Part shown: positions 16,318 to 25,876 of the stretch, in pieces
Layout: the number at the start of each line of letters is the position of its first letter
Numbering within the stretch: the stretch's first letter is position 1
Source of the DNA: a virus
Length of the DNA stretch: 64,000 nt
IMG/VR virus record: IMGVR_UViG_3300037088_000812
Span: 1-64,000 of that record
Reading direction: 5' to 3' (one strand)
Position numbers and translations under genes: made by a program
The notes under the pieces: model-generated
What the model was told of the DNA's origin: nothing
The model's database searches: none
Seen by the model: the letters and a program-made list of their open reading frames with translations, nothing else

Positions 16318-17149
16318 ATGCGATCTTCTCATAATAGATCCCCAGGTCGATTTCTGTGACCCTCAGAAGGGTACACTTGTTGTACCAGGAGCTGACAAGG
16401 ACTGTGAACGTCTGGCGACCATGATCAAACGCATTGGTCCACGGCTGAACGACATTCACGTCACTCTCGACACGCACCACTACTTTGACATCGCCCATCC
16501 GTCGTTTTGGATTGGCAAGGATGGGAAGAATCCTTCTCCGTTTACAACCATCACGCTCGAGAGCATCAAGAATGGCACATGGCGGACCTCTATCGCAGCG
16601 TTCTTCGACAAGAGAACGATGAAGGCTCACGGTGCAGACCGAGACGGTGCTGTGGAATACGTTGAAAAACTCGCCGCCAACAAACGGTATGATCTGATGA
16701 TCTGGCCGCCACACTGTCTCATCGGCAGTTACGGCGCAACAGTCATGCCAGTTGTCTGGGATGCTCTTCACGAGTTCGAAGTTTTACACAAGACCGCTTT
16801 CGTAGACTTCGTCACCAAGGGCTCCAACTTCTGGACCGAACACTACTCAGCCGTCAAAGCTGAGGTCGTAGACCCCGAAGACCCTTCCACCGATCTGAAC
16901 ACTCACCTCATCGAAACACTCCAGAATGTCGATCTTATTGGCATCTCAGGAGAAGCTCTCTCACATTGCGTCGCTAACACCGTTAGGGACATCGCCAATA
17001 ACTTCGGCGAAGAGAACATCAAGAAGTTTGTCCTCATCGAAGACACTTCTTCAAACGTTGCCAACTGCGATGCTCTCGGCGATGACTTCATTAGAGAGAT
17101 GAAGGGCAGAGGAATGCAGATCGCCAGGTCTACGGACTTCATGGCATAG
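16310..17149 (+). CDS. isochorismatase-family hydrolase (nicotinamidase-like)
   Basis: Start at ATG 16310 behind SD AAGGAG; LLIIDPQVDFCDP..LVVPGADKD matches the isochorismatase/PncA N-terminal signature. Confidence 0.6.
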   Translation: MLKCDLLIIDPQVDFCDPQKGTLVVPGADKDCERLATMIKRIGPRLNDIHVTLDTHHYFDIAHPSFWIGKDGKNPSPFTTITLESIKNGTWRTSIAAFFDKRTMKAHGADRDGAVEYVEKLAANKRYDLMIWPPHCLIGSYGATVMPVVWDALHEFEVLHKTAFVDFVTKGSNFWTEHYSAVKAEVVDPEDPSTDLNTHLIETLQNVDLIGISGEALSHCVANTVRDIANNFGEENIKKFVLIEDTSSNVANCDALGDDFIREMKGRGMQIARSTDFMA

Positions 17150-17160
17150 AAAGGGATACA

Positions 17161-17364
17161 ATGGAAAAATATTTTATCGTCGATAAGCTCGACACAAACG
17201 GTAATCTGCCAGAGATCGTTCAAGTGAAAGCAAACGATCGTCATCCCGACAGGTATTACACTCCGCAAGAGATCCGCTACAAGATGGAAGACGGCGCTGC
17301 GTTCTACCTAGATGATCATTACGAAAATGGGGTATACACACCACCCCAGCCATTCTCTTTCTAA
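17161..17364 (+). CDS. hypothetical protein
   Basis: ORF. Confidence 0.4.
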   Translation: MEKYFIVDKLDTNGNLPEIVQVKANDRHPDRYYTPQEIRYKMEDGAAFYLDDHYENGVYTPPQPFSF

Positions 17365-17385
17365 AAGAAAGGAGAGATAGAGACA

Positions 17386-18120
17386 ATGCCAGTTATCAGA
17401 GACAACGAAATCATGAAGGTGCCGAACAGCTCCTTCCAGTTCTCAGCTATCCAGCCAGCTCATCTTGAGGCGACAGAGTATACCCTCGTTCACATCGTGG
17501 TTGATACCACGGGAAGTGTAGCTGGATGGGCACCCGACCTGCTCAAGATGCTCCAGGAAGTCATCAAGGCCTGTCAGAAGAGTCCCCGCTCAGAGAACCT
17601 ACTGGTTCGGCTCACGACTTTCAACACCGGCATCACCGAAGAGCACGGCTTTAAGCTGCTCGCCGATATCGATCCGGCCAACTATCCCGGCTTCAACTGC
17701 GGTGGAATGACCGCCCTCTTCAATGCGTCCTTTGAGTCGATCGGCGCAACGGTAGCTTACGCCAAGAACCTAACCTCAAAAGACTTCACTGTCAATGGTG
17801 CAGTCTACATCATCACAGACGGTGAAGACAACGCATCTACCTTCTCGCCCAAGATGATCAGAGCCGCTATCGAGAAATCGAAAAGTTCTGAGGTCATCGA
17901 AAGCCTCATCACAGTTCTTATAGGCATCAACACACAGGATTGCGGTCCGGCTCTGGCCGCCTTCAAGAACGATGCAAGTCTCACCCAATATATCGACATG
18001 GGTGATGTCACCCCGGGCAAGCTGGCCAAGCTGGCTGGATTCATTTCCAAGTCAGTCTCAAGCCAGAGCCAGGCCCTCGGATCTGGCGGACCCTCAGCTC
18101 CCATCAATCTCACAATCTAG
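17386..18120 (+). CDS. vWA-domain protein
   Basis: SD AAGGAGAG; MIDAS LVHIVVDTTGSV; later ITDGEDN. Confidence 0.7.
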   Translation: MPVIRDNEIMKVPNSSFQFSAIQPAHLEATEYTLVHIVVDTTGSVAGWAPDLLKMLQEVIKACQKSPRSENLLVRLTTFNTGITEEHGFKLLADIDPANYPGFNCGGMTALFNASFESIGATVAYAKNLTSKDFTVNGAVYIITDGEDNASTFSPKMIRAAIEKSKSSEVIESLITVLIGINTQDCGPALAAFKNDASLTQYIDMGDVTPGKLAKLAGFISKSVSSQSQALGSGGPSAPINLTI

Positions 18121-18134
18121 AAAGGAGAAGCACT

Positions 18135-18299
18135 ATGTTTACGGCATCATTTACCGCACTCATGGCAATTCTTGCTTCAACTCCGCTGTCCATTCTAGTT
18201 TCGGCTTGTTTTTGGACAATCATCTTTTTCAGCGCTCTGATATGGATCACAGTCGCTTCGAAAAAGAAGAAAGCTGTTGCAACGGCGGTGCGGAACTAA
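18135..18299 (+). CDS. small membrane protein (54 aa, below ORF-track cutoff)
   Basis: SD AAAGGAGAAG 6 nt upstream; two hydrophobic helices. Confidence 0.45.
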   Translation: MFTASFTALMAILASTPLSILVSACFWTIIFFSALIWITVASKKKKAVATAVRN

Positions 18300-18336
18300 C
18301 CTCTTATCAAGTTCAATGGGAAGAGAATAGACAAGT

Positions 18337-18618
18337 ATGGCATCAGAACCTGCTACACTTGCTCTATTCTCTGTGCCTGAAAGAAAGCGAAAGAAGAACA
18401 TGATAACAAAGAGAATTAGCTTTCAAGACCTCGACAAAAAAGAAACCAAACCCGGAACACTTCACTATGTTGAAAGAAAAGGGGAGCGTTATGTCAACGT
18501 GGCTGATCTTGAGGCCACTATGCTTACCCTCATCCAAATCGTTCCAGCTGCACGAGAAAAAAGACAACTACTTCTTGCGTTTGCAGTAGCAGTTATGTCT
18601 ACTGTAAAGGAGAGATAA
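18337..18618 (+). CDS. hypothetical protein (start uncertain; possibly 18400)
   Basis: ORF ending at PP2C start. Confidence 0.35.
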   Translation: MASEPATLALFSVPERKRKKNMITKRISFQDLDKKETKPGTLHYVERKGERYVNVADLEATMLTLIQIVPAAREKRQLLLAFAVAVMSTVKER

Positions 18619-19472
18619 TGATTCTCGATAGCTTCACCTCAGTCGGAAAAACTCATCACACCTGTGAGGATTATTCTATTGTAGTAGGACGTCCATATCC
18701 TTTCATCCTCATCAGCGACGGGTGTTCTTCTTCAAAGAATACTGATGTCGGAGCCAGACTTTTAGCTCTTACGACCAAAAGACAATTTCACGGAGCAATG
18801 ACATATCAAATTCTTCCAGGACGCCCTGACTTTTTTGGAACGGCAATCATAGAAAGCGCTTATCTTGTTGCTGATCAACTTGGATTAAACAGAAGTGCCC
18901 TGGACGCTACACTTTTACTTGCCTATGTTGAAAGTGGGCTAATCCACTTCGTCGCTTTTGGCGATGGGTATTTCATTATCAAATCTAGAACTGGCCATGA
19001 CAAATTCGTCCAACTTTCATATAAACAGAATGCACCATATTACTTGACAGTCCACGAGAGTCCCGAAATCCTCGAAGAATGGGCTAAGGTCTATCCAGAA
19101 AACGATCTGGAAGTCAAGCATTACAACTACTATAAAAGCTTCAATCCATTTGACGCTCCTCATGGATATAGGGTAGATTATTCAAACAATAGGCCATATT
19201 TCACACTTGCCCATCAGATTGATGATATTGAAATGGCAATGGTTTCTTCAGACGGGATTGGAACTTTTTGCCGTTCAGATGACAGAAGTCTTATTCCGCC
19301 TGAAGACGTCATTGATCAAATGATGGATGTGAAAGTACCGAATGGTGAGTTTATCAAACGTAGAATGAAGAAAATGCTTGAAAAGTATGCTAACCAAGGA
19401 GTTCACAACCTTGATGATGTTTCAGTATCAGCTATGATTTTTGAAGAAAGCGACAAAACATGCCAGATATAA
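18618..19472 (+). CDS. PP2C-family Ser/Thr protein phosphatase
   Basis: SD AAGGAGAG; HHTCEDYSIV..FILISDGCSSS; VAFGDGYFII; MVSSDGIG match PP2C metal-binding Asp blocks. Confidence 0.6.
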   Translation: MILDSFTSVGKTHHTCEDYSIVVGRPYPFILISDGCSSSKNTDVGARLLALTTKRQFHGAMTYQILPGRPDFFGTAIIESAYLVADQLGLNRSALDATLLLAYVESGLIHFVAFGDGYFIIKSRTGHDKFVQLSYKQNAPYYLTVHESPEILEEWAKVYPENDLEVKHYNYYKSFNPFDAPHGYRVDYSNNRPYFTLAHQIDDIEMAMVSSDGIGTFCRSDDRSLIPPEDVIDQMMDVKVPNGEFIKRRMKKMLEKYANQGVHNLDDVSVSAMIFEESDKTCQI

Positions 19473-19897
19473 ATTACGAAGAAAAATATCTCCAAGCGCT
19501 CGAACAGATCGATGAACTTAAGGCTCTAATGCGAGAAGTAGTCATAGACGATTGGTTTTGTCAAAACGAGCCAAGTTTTGAAAAACAATGGAATGACGCT
19601 CTAGAAGAACCGCCTGAAGCTACAGAGGATAAGCCCATTTGGCTTATGACCACCAAGAAGCCCATCTGGTTAGTTTGGACGGCAGAAATTGGTGGTGATC
19701 GTATCCTCTATCATTTGCGATCAGTTTGTTCAATCAAAGAACGAGCTGAAATGTATAAGCAAACTTGTGAAAACGAACCGTTACCGCGTGGCATTGAACG
19801 TAGAGTCGTCCACATAGAAGAGTCATTGACTAACCATCTCTACGGCGAATGGGATATGAGACTAGCAGGATATGGTCCGAGAGGTAATGTGCCATGA
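19460..19897 (+). CDS. hypothetical protein
   Basis: ORF between phosphatase and kinase. Confidence 0.5.
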   Translation: MPDINYEEKYLQALEQIDELKALMREVVIDDWFCQNEPSFEKQWNDALEEPPEATEDKPIWLMTTKKPIWLVWTAEIGGDRILYHLRSVCSIKERAEMYKQTCENEPLPRGIERRVVHIEESLTNHLYGEWDMRLAGYGPRGNVP

Positions 19898-21570
19898 GCA
19901 CACTGACAATATATTTTCGGACAAAAGAAACTAAACTCACTGACAAGAACTACCTCGGAGAAGGCGGTGAGGGTGTAATTTATCTCAAAGACAACTTAAT
20001 CTACAAGATCTATCACGAGAAGGCTAATGTTATTACGCCCCAAAAATTAGCCGAACTTTCTGGTTTGAAAAAAAACAATATCATTTCCCCTATTGATCAC
20101 ATTTTCAATCCTAACTCTTTGGCTATTGGCTATGCTATGAAGTACGTAGCAGACACAGTTCCTTTGGCTAGGATGTTTACTACAAGCTTTAGAAACAGAA
20201 ACAACGTAACGCCAGAAATGGCAACAAAGCTCGTGGAGAAGATGATTGAAACTATTCATTATATCCACCAATGCAACATCATCATAGTAGACGGTAATGA
20301 ATTTAACTATCTCGTCGATGGAGCAGATTTTATTACACCCTACTTCATTGATGTAGATAGTTATCAGACAAAGTCTTCTCCTGCCAAAGTTATCATGCCT
20401 TCAATTCGCGACTGGCAATCTAAAACTTTCAGTCCACTAACCGATTGGTATTCATTTGCCATTGTTGCTGCCCAAATTTTTGTAGGTCTGCATCCGTTCA
20501 AAGGTAATCATCCAAGCTTTACTAAAAATGATCTTAAGTCTCGACAGCTCGCCAATATGTCTATCTTTAACAAAGAAGTTAGCATCCCACCGGCAACACG
20601 CGACTTTAGTTTGGTGCCTTCTGAATACATGAACTGGTTTCTTGACGTATTTGAGAAAGGCAAGAGGACGCCGCCGCCTGCAATTGCAGGAAAACTCATT
20701 ACGAAAGCTCAAGTCATAATTGCAACAGGCAAAGACAAATTTATGATCGACAAAATATTTGAAGCTGATGGCAACATCACAGGCTGCACATGGATATTTG
20801 GAAATCGTGTTGCTTATACAGCTAAAAGCATTTACTTTGATAAGCATGATTATACTTTACCTTCAAAAACAGCTGGAGTAGTTTATTTCGAAAACACTCC
20901 TTATCTAGTAGACATTATAGATAAGAAACTTGAAGTAAAACAAGCCTTCTCAAAAGCAATAATTTCTAACAACTTGGCTGCTACGAAAAAACTCATTATT
21001 GATAATCGAGTCTACGTAATTAATGATGATAAACTAATAGAAATCAAGTTTAAGGGCATTAGCGGACGAGTATTCGTAGCTACAGGCAACGTTTGGAACA
21101 TTCTGCCAAACTCTACACAGGTATTTCGAGAAATTGTCTATTCAGATGTTCTTGGAAAACCTTATCTCTATGTTCCATTCAAAGAAGGCGCTTGTTCTAT
21201 TGTTCCAATACCTGAACTAAATAAACACAAGATTCTCGATGCTAAATATGAAAACGGCATTTGCATTTTACTCACTTTCAAAGACAATGTCTATAATAGA
21301 ATTGTCGTCAAATTTGCTGACGACTTTGTAAAATACAACTTTGAACTTGAGGCTGACGTAGTTCCTTTCGGCATCAATTTTGTATCACTTCCAAACAATC
21401 TTTACATGTATTACACTGGTGAGGGAGAAATAGTGATAGGAAGTCGTTTCAAATCAGAAAAGAAAATCTTTTCGAATATCAAATTTGATCACGACATAGT
21501 TCTATGCCATAACGGAGTAGAAGTTTATTACTACTCTGAAAATGCACTATATCGGATTAAGACGAGGTAA
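19894..21570 (+). CDS. Ser/Thr protein kinase-like protein with ~300-aa C-terminal extension
   Basis: Gly-rich loop LGEGGEGVIY; Lys in YKIY; catalytic HQCNIIIVDGNEFN; DVD in DFG position. Confidence 0.65.
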   Translation: MSTLTIYFRTKETKLTDKNYLGEGGEGVIYLKDNLIYKIYHEKANVITPQKLAELSGLKKNNIISPIDHIFNPNSLAIGYAMKYVADTVPLARMFTTSFRNRNNVTPEMATKLVEKMIETIHYIHQCNIIIVDGNEFNYLVDGADFITPYFIDVDSYQTKSSPAKVIMPSIRDWQSKTFSPLTDWYSFAIVAAQIFVGLHPFKGNHPSFTKNDLKSRQLANMSIFNKEVSIPPATRDFSLVPSEYMNWFLDVFEKGKRTPPPAIAGKLITKAQVIIATGKDKFMIDKIFEADGNITGCTWIFGNRVAYTAKSIYFDKHDYTLPSKTAGVVYFENTPYLVDIIDKKLEVKQAFSKAIISNNLAATKKLIIDNRVYVINDDKLIEIKFKGISGRVFVATGNVWNILPNSTQVFREIVYSDVLGKPYLYVPFKEGACSIVPIPELNKHKILDAKYENGICILLTFKDNVYNRIVVKFADDFVKYNFELEADVVPFGINFVSLPNNLYMYYTGEGEIVIGSRFKSEKKIFSNIKFDHDIVLCHNGVEVYYYSENALYRIKTR

Positions 21571-21698
21571 GAAACCATGGGTGTTATTAACTACTGCGAA
21601 TGTGGCAAAGTTCTAACAAAAGAAGAAACCGAAAATAAGGACAAACATCCATGCTCAATTTTCTTTTGTAGTATTACAAAACTACGGAAAAAGAAAAA

Positions 21699-22310
21699 AT
21701 GAAACGACAAACGCATTACATTTGTGAGGGCTGTGGTCTAGATCAAACAAGTCAAAAGACTATGAAAGAGCATGAAGTTGTGTGCCTTGATTTAGTAGCC
21801 AAACAAAAAGAACATGACGCGAATAGAGAAAAGGCTGCCAATGCTTTTGTAAAATCCATTAAATATCCAGAAGAAATTGCTCCAAGCACAGTTGAATTTA
21901 TGAAAAAATATAATGGGCTCGATTTCGAGATAATAGAAGAAAATCTAAGATTTGATCCCTGTCTTTCTAATACTCACTCGGCGCCCCATGGTAAGCCGCA
22001 AAATTGGCATCAGAAGCCTGATCTACCTAAAGGATATCCAGGGTGGAATTCACATTGGATCATAGGAATGTCAAAAGAAACATACAAGCTAAATCACGGT
22101 TTTACTGGTCTACTTAAAGATTACACTTTCTATTGTTTTTCCGAGGTAAAGGATAAATACTACATTCCATATATTTATACTGGAACAGGTGGCAGTTGGT
22201 ATAGAGTTGGACCGCAAGAAGAATATCTTCATTACTATATGATATTTTGGGCAGAAGATTTTCCATATTTGAAGAAGTTTGCAACTAAGCTATTATTGAA
22301 AGCTGGCTAG
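21699..22310 (+). CDS. hypothetical protein with N-terminal zinc ribbon
   Basis: CEGCG..(20)..C. Confidence 0.5.
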   Translation: MKRQTHYICEGCGLDQTSQKTMKEHEVVCLDLVAKQKEHDANREKAANAFVKSIKYPEEIAPSTVEFMKKYNGLDFEIIEENLRFDPCLSNTHSAPHGKPQNWHQKPDLPKGYPGWNSHWIIGMSKETYKLNHGFTGLLKDYTFYCFSEVKDKYYIPYIYTGTGGSWYRVGPQEEYLHYYMIFWAEDFPYLKKFATKLLLKAG

Positions 22311-22636
22311 ACTGTTGATTCTTTCTTAGTGAAGATCTGATTTACTATCTTATATTTAGCCGTCTGCAAATCTTTTGATAAATCACGAACATCGTCAACA
22401 ATTACGTTCTGTCCTACTCGAATTGCCTTTGTAGTATTCTTTGATGTAGTAATAGCAAAACCTGGCACTCTCTTACAAGTATATACTTGTTTTGGTGTAA
22501 TATAGGCCTCTTTATCCCACCAAACTTTTATTACTCGCACCTTCGCCAATTCTACAAATCTTATCTCATTAGAAGTCATGACCCAGTCAGATGGTCTCAC
22601 ATAAGAATACCATAATACATTATCAGTAGTAATCAC
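22307..22636 (-). CDS. hypothetical protein
   Basis: minus-strand ORF. Confidence 0.5.
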   Translation of the reverse strand: MITTDNVLWYSYVRPSDWVMTSNEIRFVELAKVRVIKVWWDKEAYITPKQVYTCKRVPGFAITTSKNTTKAIRVGQNVIVDDVRDLSKDLQTAKYKIVNQIFTKKESTV

Positions 22637-22887
22637 TTAAATATCTTCCTTATTATAAATCGTCTTTGACCTGGAGTAATAAAATATGGCACAAAATTCT
22701 TAGGTTGTAATTCGCCAACGTTTATAGTATAATTAAGATCTTGAAAAGCATCAAATAAATTAATAGTATCTTTATGTCCAAATCCTGCACGCGTTATTAC
22801 TATCTGTCGTTCTCTGGGCAAAATAAGATAATAATGATGAGTAAAAGCTTCAAACGGTTTATACCACCGTCCAACTTTAAGGGCCAT
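22633..22887 (-). CDS. hypothetical protein
   Basis: minus-strand ORF. Confidence 0.5.
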   Translation of the reverse strand: MALKVGRWYKPFEAFTHHYYLILPRERQIVITRAGFGHKDTINLFDAFQDLNYTINVGELQPKNFVPYFITPGQRRFIIRKIFK

Positions 22888-22930
22888 AGATTTATCTTAT
22901 ATTGTATATGTTAGTTGTTATGTTATTTAT

Positions 22931-22998
22931 AGCCGGCATATTTTCGGGCACGCCGCGGCACGTTTTCGGGTAGGCAGCCGGCATATTTTCGGGCACGC
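22931..22998. repeat. tandem direct repeats: two identical 23-mers AGCCGGCATATTTTCGGGCACGC flanking a degenerate copy CGGCACGTTTTCGGGTAGGC
   Basis: GC-rich repeats in a divergent intergenic region between - strand genes (to 22887) and + strand genes (from 23028). Confidence 0.7.
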
Positions 22999-23027
22999 GG
23001 AGTTCTCGCATAATTACCCCTAAGAGG

Positions 23028-23366
23028 TTGCAGCTGATGAAACTTATTGCTATTCAGTGTCAGGAATGCAGAGATATTGTGTTCAGTCGATCTAGACATG
23101 ACATGCGTTTTTGTTCGTGTGGTGAATCAGCAATTGACGGCGGTCCTCACCGTGCAAACTATGCAATTGACAAATTAAAGAATACAGGAAGTTATATCAA
23201 GGTCTCAGGTTCACCTAAGATGATTACTATAGACGTGGACCTTGAAATGCACGATCTCATAGAAGATTACAATTCAGATCCAGGTGAACTAGGTCTAATA
23301 AAAGACGGAGATAAGCTGCCCAAATACTTTAAGGGCATAGTTGCCGACATACCTCACAGCTCATAA
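23028..23366 (+). CDS. zinc-ribbon protein
   Basis: CQEC..(13)..CSCG. Confidence 0.5.
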   Translation: MQLMKLIAIQCQECRDIVFSRSRHDMRFCSCGESAIDGGPHRANYAIDKLKNTGSYIKVSGSPKMITIDVDLEMHDLIEDYNSDPGELGLIKDGDKLPKYFKGIVADIPHSS

Positions 23367-23437
23367 ATCAAATAGTCTTCAAAAACTTCCTCGCTTAACT
23401 AAAGATAAACTGGACATTAAAAATAGGAGCATTTAAA

Positions 23438-25876
23438 ATGAGCTGGAAGAATTTGTTAGAAGCTATGAATGAAGAATTTGATGAGAAAGAAGTTCTGCAA
23501 AAGAAGCCCAAAGAAAGAGCCTTTTTTGATAAAATAGCAAGAGAGATTGTTGAAGAACGTGTAGATGAATTAGACTTAAAATCTGCAGTCGGAAAAGTCA
23601 AAGCAGCAGCTAAGAGAGGTTGGCAAGTTCTTAGCGGCAAACTCAAGGAAGTAGCCCTCCGCGGTTTTAAATTGGGTGTGGCGGTTGGCAAAACCCTTAA
23701 GGGAAAATTTGTTCTATTTAATAGAGCCGGTAAAATTCTAACCCCAGAAGCAGATAAAGCTGTATATAAGAAGATAGCCTCAGGTAAAAATGTTCTTACT
23801 CTAACGTATAAAAGCTCGGCAGGTCCGATGGACATCTCGCTATCTGATAAATTGAACAGTGGTTTTGGAACAGCAATTACTAAAGAAGGCGATGGTATAT
23901 TTTATGTCCTTCAGCCGCGATCACCAGCAGTTCAAGAAGGTATCGATTATGACCCAGATCTAGTTATAGAAGCTGACGAAGAGGAAGAGGAGGAAGAAGG
24001 CGGCAGTCGCTCCAATGCTTCCATCATGTCTAAAATAGATCAGTTAGTCTTTGGATCATTTGCTGATGAGGGAGCAGCAGCTCTTAAAGCCAGCGAAGAT
24101 AAACCAGTAAAGCCTGTCCCAGTTGAAGTAACCTATGAAGACTTTTCACGAGAAATAAGCACTTTGCTTCGAAGAGTAAAAGAAGGAACAGTACTAAAGG
24201 GATCTAAAATAAAGAACTTGGCTATTTATGCTCCTACTGGTTGGGGAAAAACCGAAATTATTGGTAAAGCTGCTAAATCAGCTGGGTATTTCTTCTTCCC
24301 TCTAGAATTACAAAAAGTTCCTATAGAAATTCTTTCAGGCTTCCCATTCTTAGACGACGTAGAAGCTGCCGAAAGTGATATAAAAGAAGACCGCCTACAA
24401 AGAGCCATGAAAATTGTAAAGATGGCCCCCTCACAATATCTACCGCCCGCCGGCAGTCAAGATGCTTGGCTATTATTCTTCGATGAGTTTAACAGAGCAG
24501 ATACTGAGAAGATGTCAGCAGTAATGAATTTACTTCTAAACGGAGAACTTGGTGGAGCTTCAGAGTTAGTAATAAATAAAAAGACATCACAAAAGACACT
24601 TGACAGATATAGGCTTCCAAAGAAAATAGTAGTAGTATTAGCTATGAATACTGGAACACAGAAAGCAATTGCTGATTCTATAAACGCAGTAAAGGATCTT
24701 GACATTGCAACTCTAGAAAGAGTACACAGAGTTCTTCATGGAAAATATCATGCAGAATCTTGGTTCAAATCTTTCGCAGCAGTGCCTTATGTTGCTGAAA
24801 CTGAATCTGGTAAAACAATTGCTATGCTTTCAAGAGTTCCACCCATTATTCTAAACTTCATACAGGACCTAATGAAAACGAAAGGCTCTGTAGGATTAGA
24901 TCCTGAAAAACCATTCTTGCAACCAATTAAAGTTGCGGGCGGTGAGCCTGGCTCTGGTGGAGGTGAGAGAACTACTTCACCAAGATCTTGGACAATGATT
25001 GCAGACGACATGATTGAAAATGGCGTCGAACAATTTGATAAACTCAGCCCAGAAGCTAAAGCCAAATTTGATACATCTGCTAAAAAGATAAAAGCAGCTA
25101 TAGAAGAAGAATGGGCAGAAGTAGTAAAGAAAGATCCGGATCAACCTAAAAAATTACCTCAAGATTTGGAACCTTATAGATTCGCAGCTTGGATGAAGGC
25201 AGCCCAAAACCAAATCAGACTGTTGGCCATGGAATCACCAGAGCTTGGTGACGAAGGCCAAGATTATATTCGAAAGATGATTAAATCTTTTATAAAGAGA
25301 GGTAAAGAAGGAATCACCGAAGAAGATATACTTCTGAATTATAAAGCAGTTAGAGATCAAGTAAAGAACGTTGCTGAAATTGGGTTTGGAACTAAATCAG
25401 CATTACTTGCTAGATTATATTTTGCTCTAACTAAATACAAGAACGAAAAAGCTATACTTGAATTCATGGCTGAGAAAGGCATACCAATTCTTTCATCTAA
25501 AGGACCGGTAGAACAAATTTATCTAACATTTAAACAAATGTATAAAGACTTAGATTTTGCTGCCGATGATTTTATTGCTTTCACACACTTAGTAGAACAA
25601 GCAGCTAAGAAGGCCTCACAAGAAGGCAATAACGATGCCCCTTTAAGATTACTTCATGCTAAATTAGCTAACTGGGAAATTTATGTAGATGCCCTAAAGA
25701 AGAGAGTTACTACAAAGAGCGGCGTAGAGAAAGAACTAGCGGCTCTTACTGGTGGTAAAGGTAAGACCAAAGGAAAGAAGGGCGAGAGTGAAGCGGAAGA
25801 AGGTGAAGAGGGCGAAGAAGAGGAACAAAAGGAGGACCAGATCCTTAGTTTCTTAAAAGGAATAAGACTTGAGTAG
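23438..25876 (+). CDS. large MoxR-like AAA+ ATPase with N- and C-terminal extensions and acidic/lysine-rich tail
   Basis: SD AGGAG; Walker A APTGWGKTE; Walker B/MoxR signature LLFFDEFNRAD. Confidence 0.7.
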   Translation: MSWKNLLEAMNEEFDEKEVLQKKPKERAFFDKIAREIVEERVDELDLKSAVGKVKAAAKRGWQVLSGKLKEVALRGFKLGVAVGKTLKGKFVLFNRAGKILTPEADKAVYKKIASGKNVLTLTYKSSAGPMDISLSDKLNSGFGTAITKEGDGIFYVLQPRSPAVQEGIDYDPDLVIEADEEEEEEEGGSRSNASIMSKIDQLVFGSFADEGAAALKASEDKPVKPVPVEVTYEDFSREISTLLRRVKEGTVLKGSKIKNLAIYAPTGWGKTEIIGKAAKSAGYFFFPLELQKVPIEILSGFPFLDDVEAAESDIKEDRLQRAMKIVKMAPSQYLPPAGSQDAWLLFFDEFNRADTEKMSAVMNLLLNGELGGASELVINKKTSQKTLDRYRLPKKIVVVLAMNTGTQKAIADSINAVKDLDIATLERVHRVLHGKYHAESWFKSFAAVPYVAETESGKTIAMLSRVPPIILNFIQDLMKTKGSVGLDPEKPFLQPIKVAGGEPGSGGGERTTSPRSWTMIADDMIENGVEQFDKLSPEAKAKFDTSAKKIKAAIEEEWAEVVKKDPDQPKKLPQDLEPYRFAAWMKAAQNQIRLLAMESPELGDEGQDYIRKMIKSFIKRGKEGITEEDILLNYKAVRDQVKNVAEIGFGTKSALLARLYFALTKYKNEKAILEFMAEKGIPILSSKGPVEQIYLTFKQMYKDLDFAADDFIAFTHLVEQAAKKASQEGNNDAPLRLLHAKLANWEIYVDALKKRVTTKSGVEKELAALTGGKGKTKGKKGESEAEEGEEGEEEEQKEDQILSFLKGIRLE

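Noticed and set aside
16166-16771. 201-aa minus-strand ORF antisense to the isochorismatase-like gene
   Set aside because: The sense gene has a clear conserved motif and SD. The antisense ORF is explained by the locally higher GC.
17972-18403. 143-aa + strand ORF overlapping the vWA gene and the small membrane gene
   Set aside because: Out of frame with a gene that has clear motifs. Composition artefact.
22931-22998. CRISPR array
   Set aside because: Only two exact and one degenerate repeat unit, with 22-nt spacing. No cas genes.
23395-23835. 146-aa minus-strand ORF overlapping the start of the AAA+ gene
   Set aside because: Antisense to a well-supported + gene with SD. Low-complexity product.
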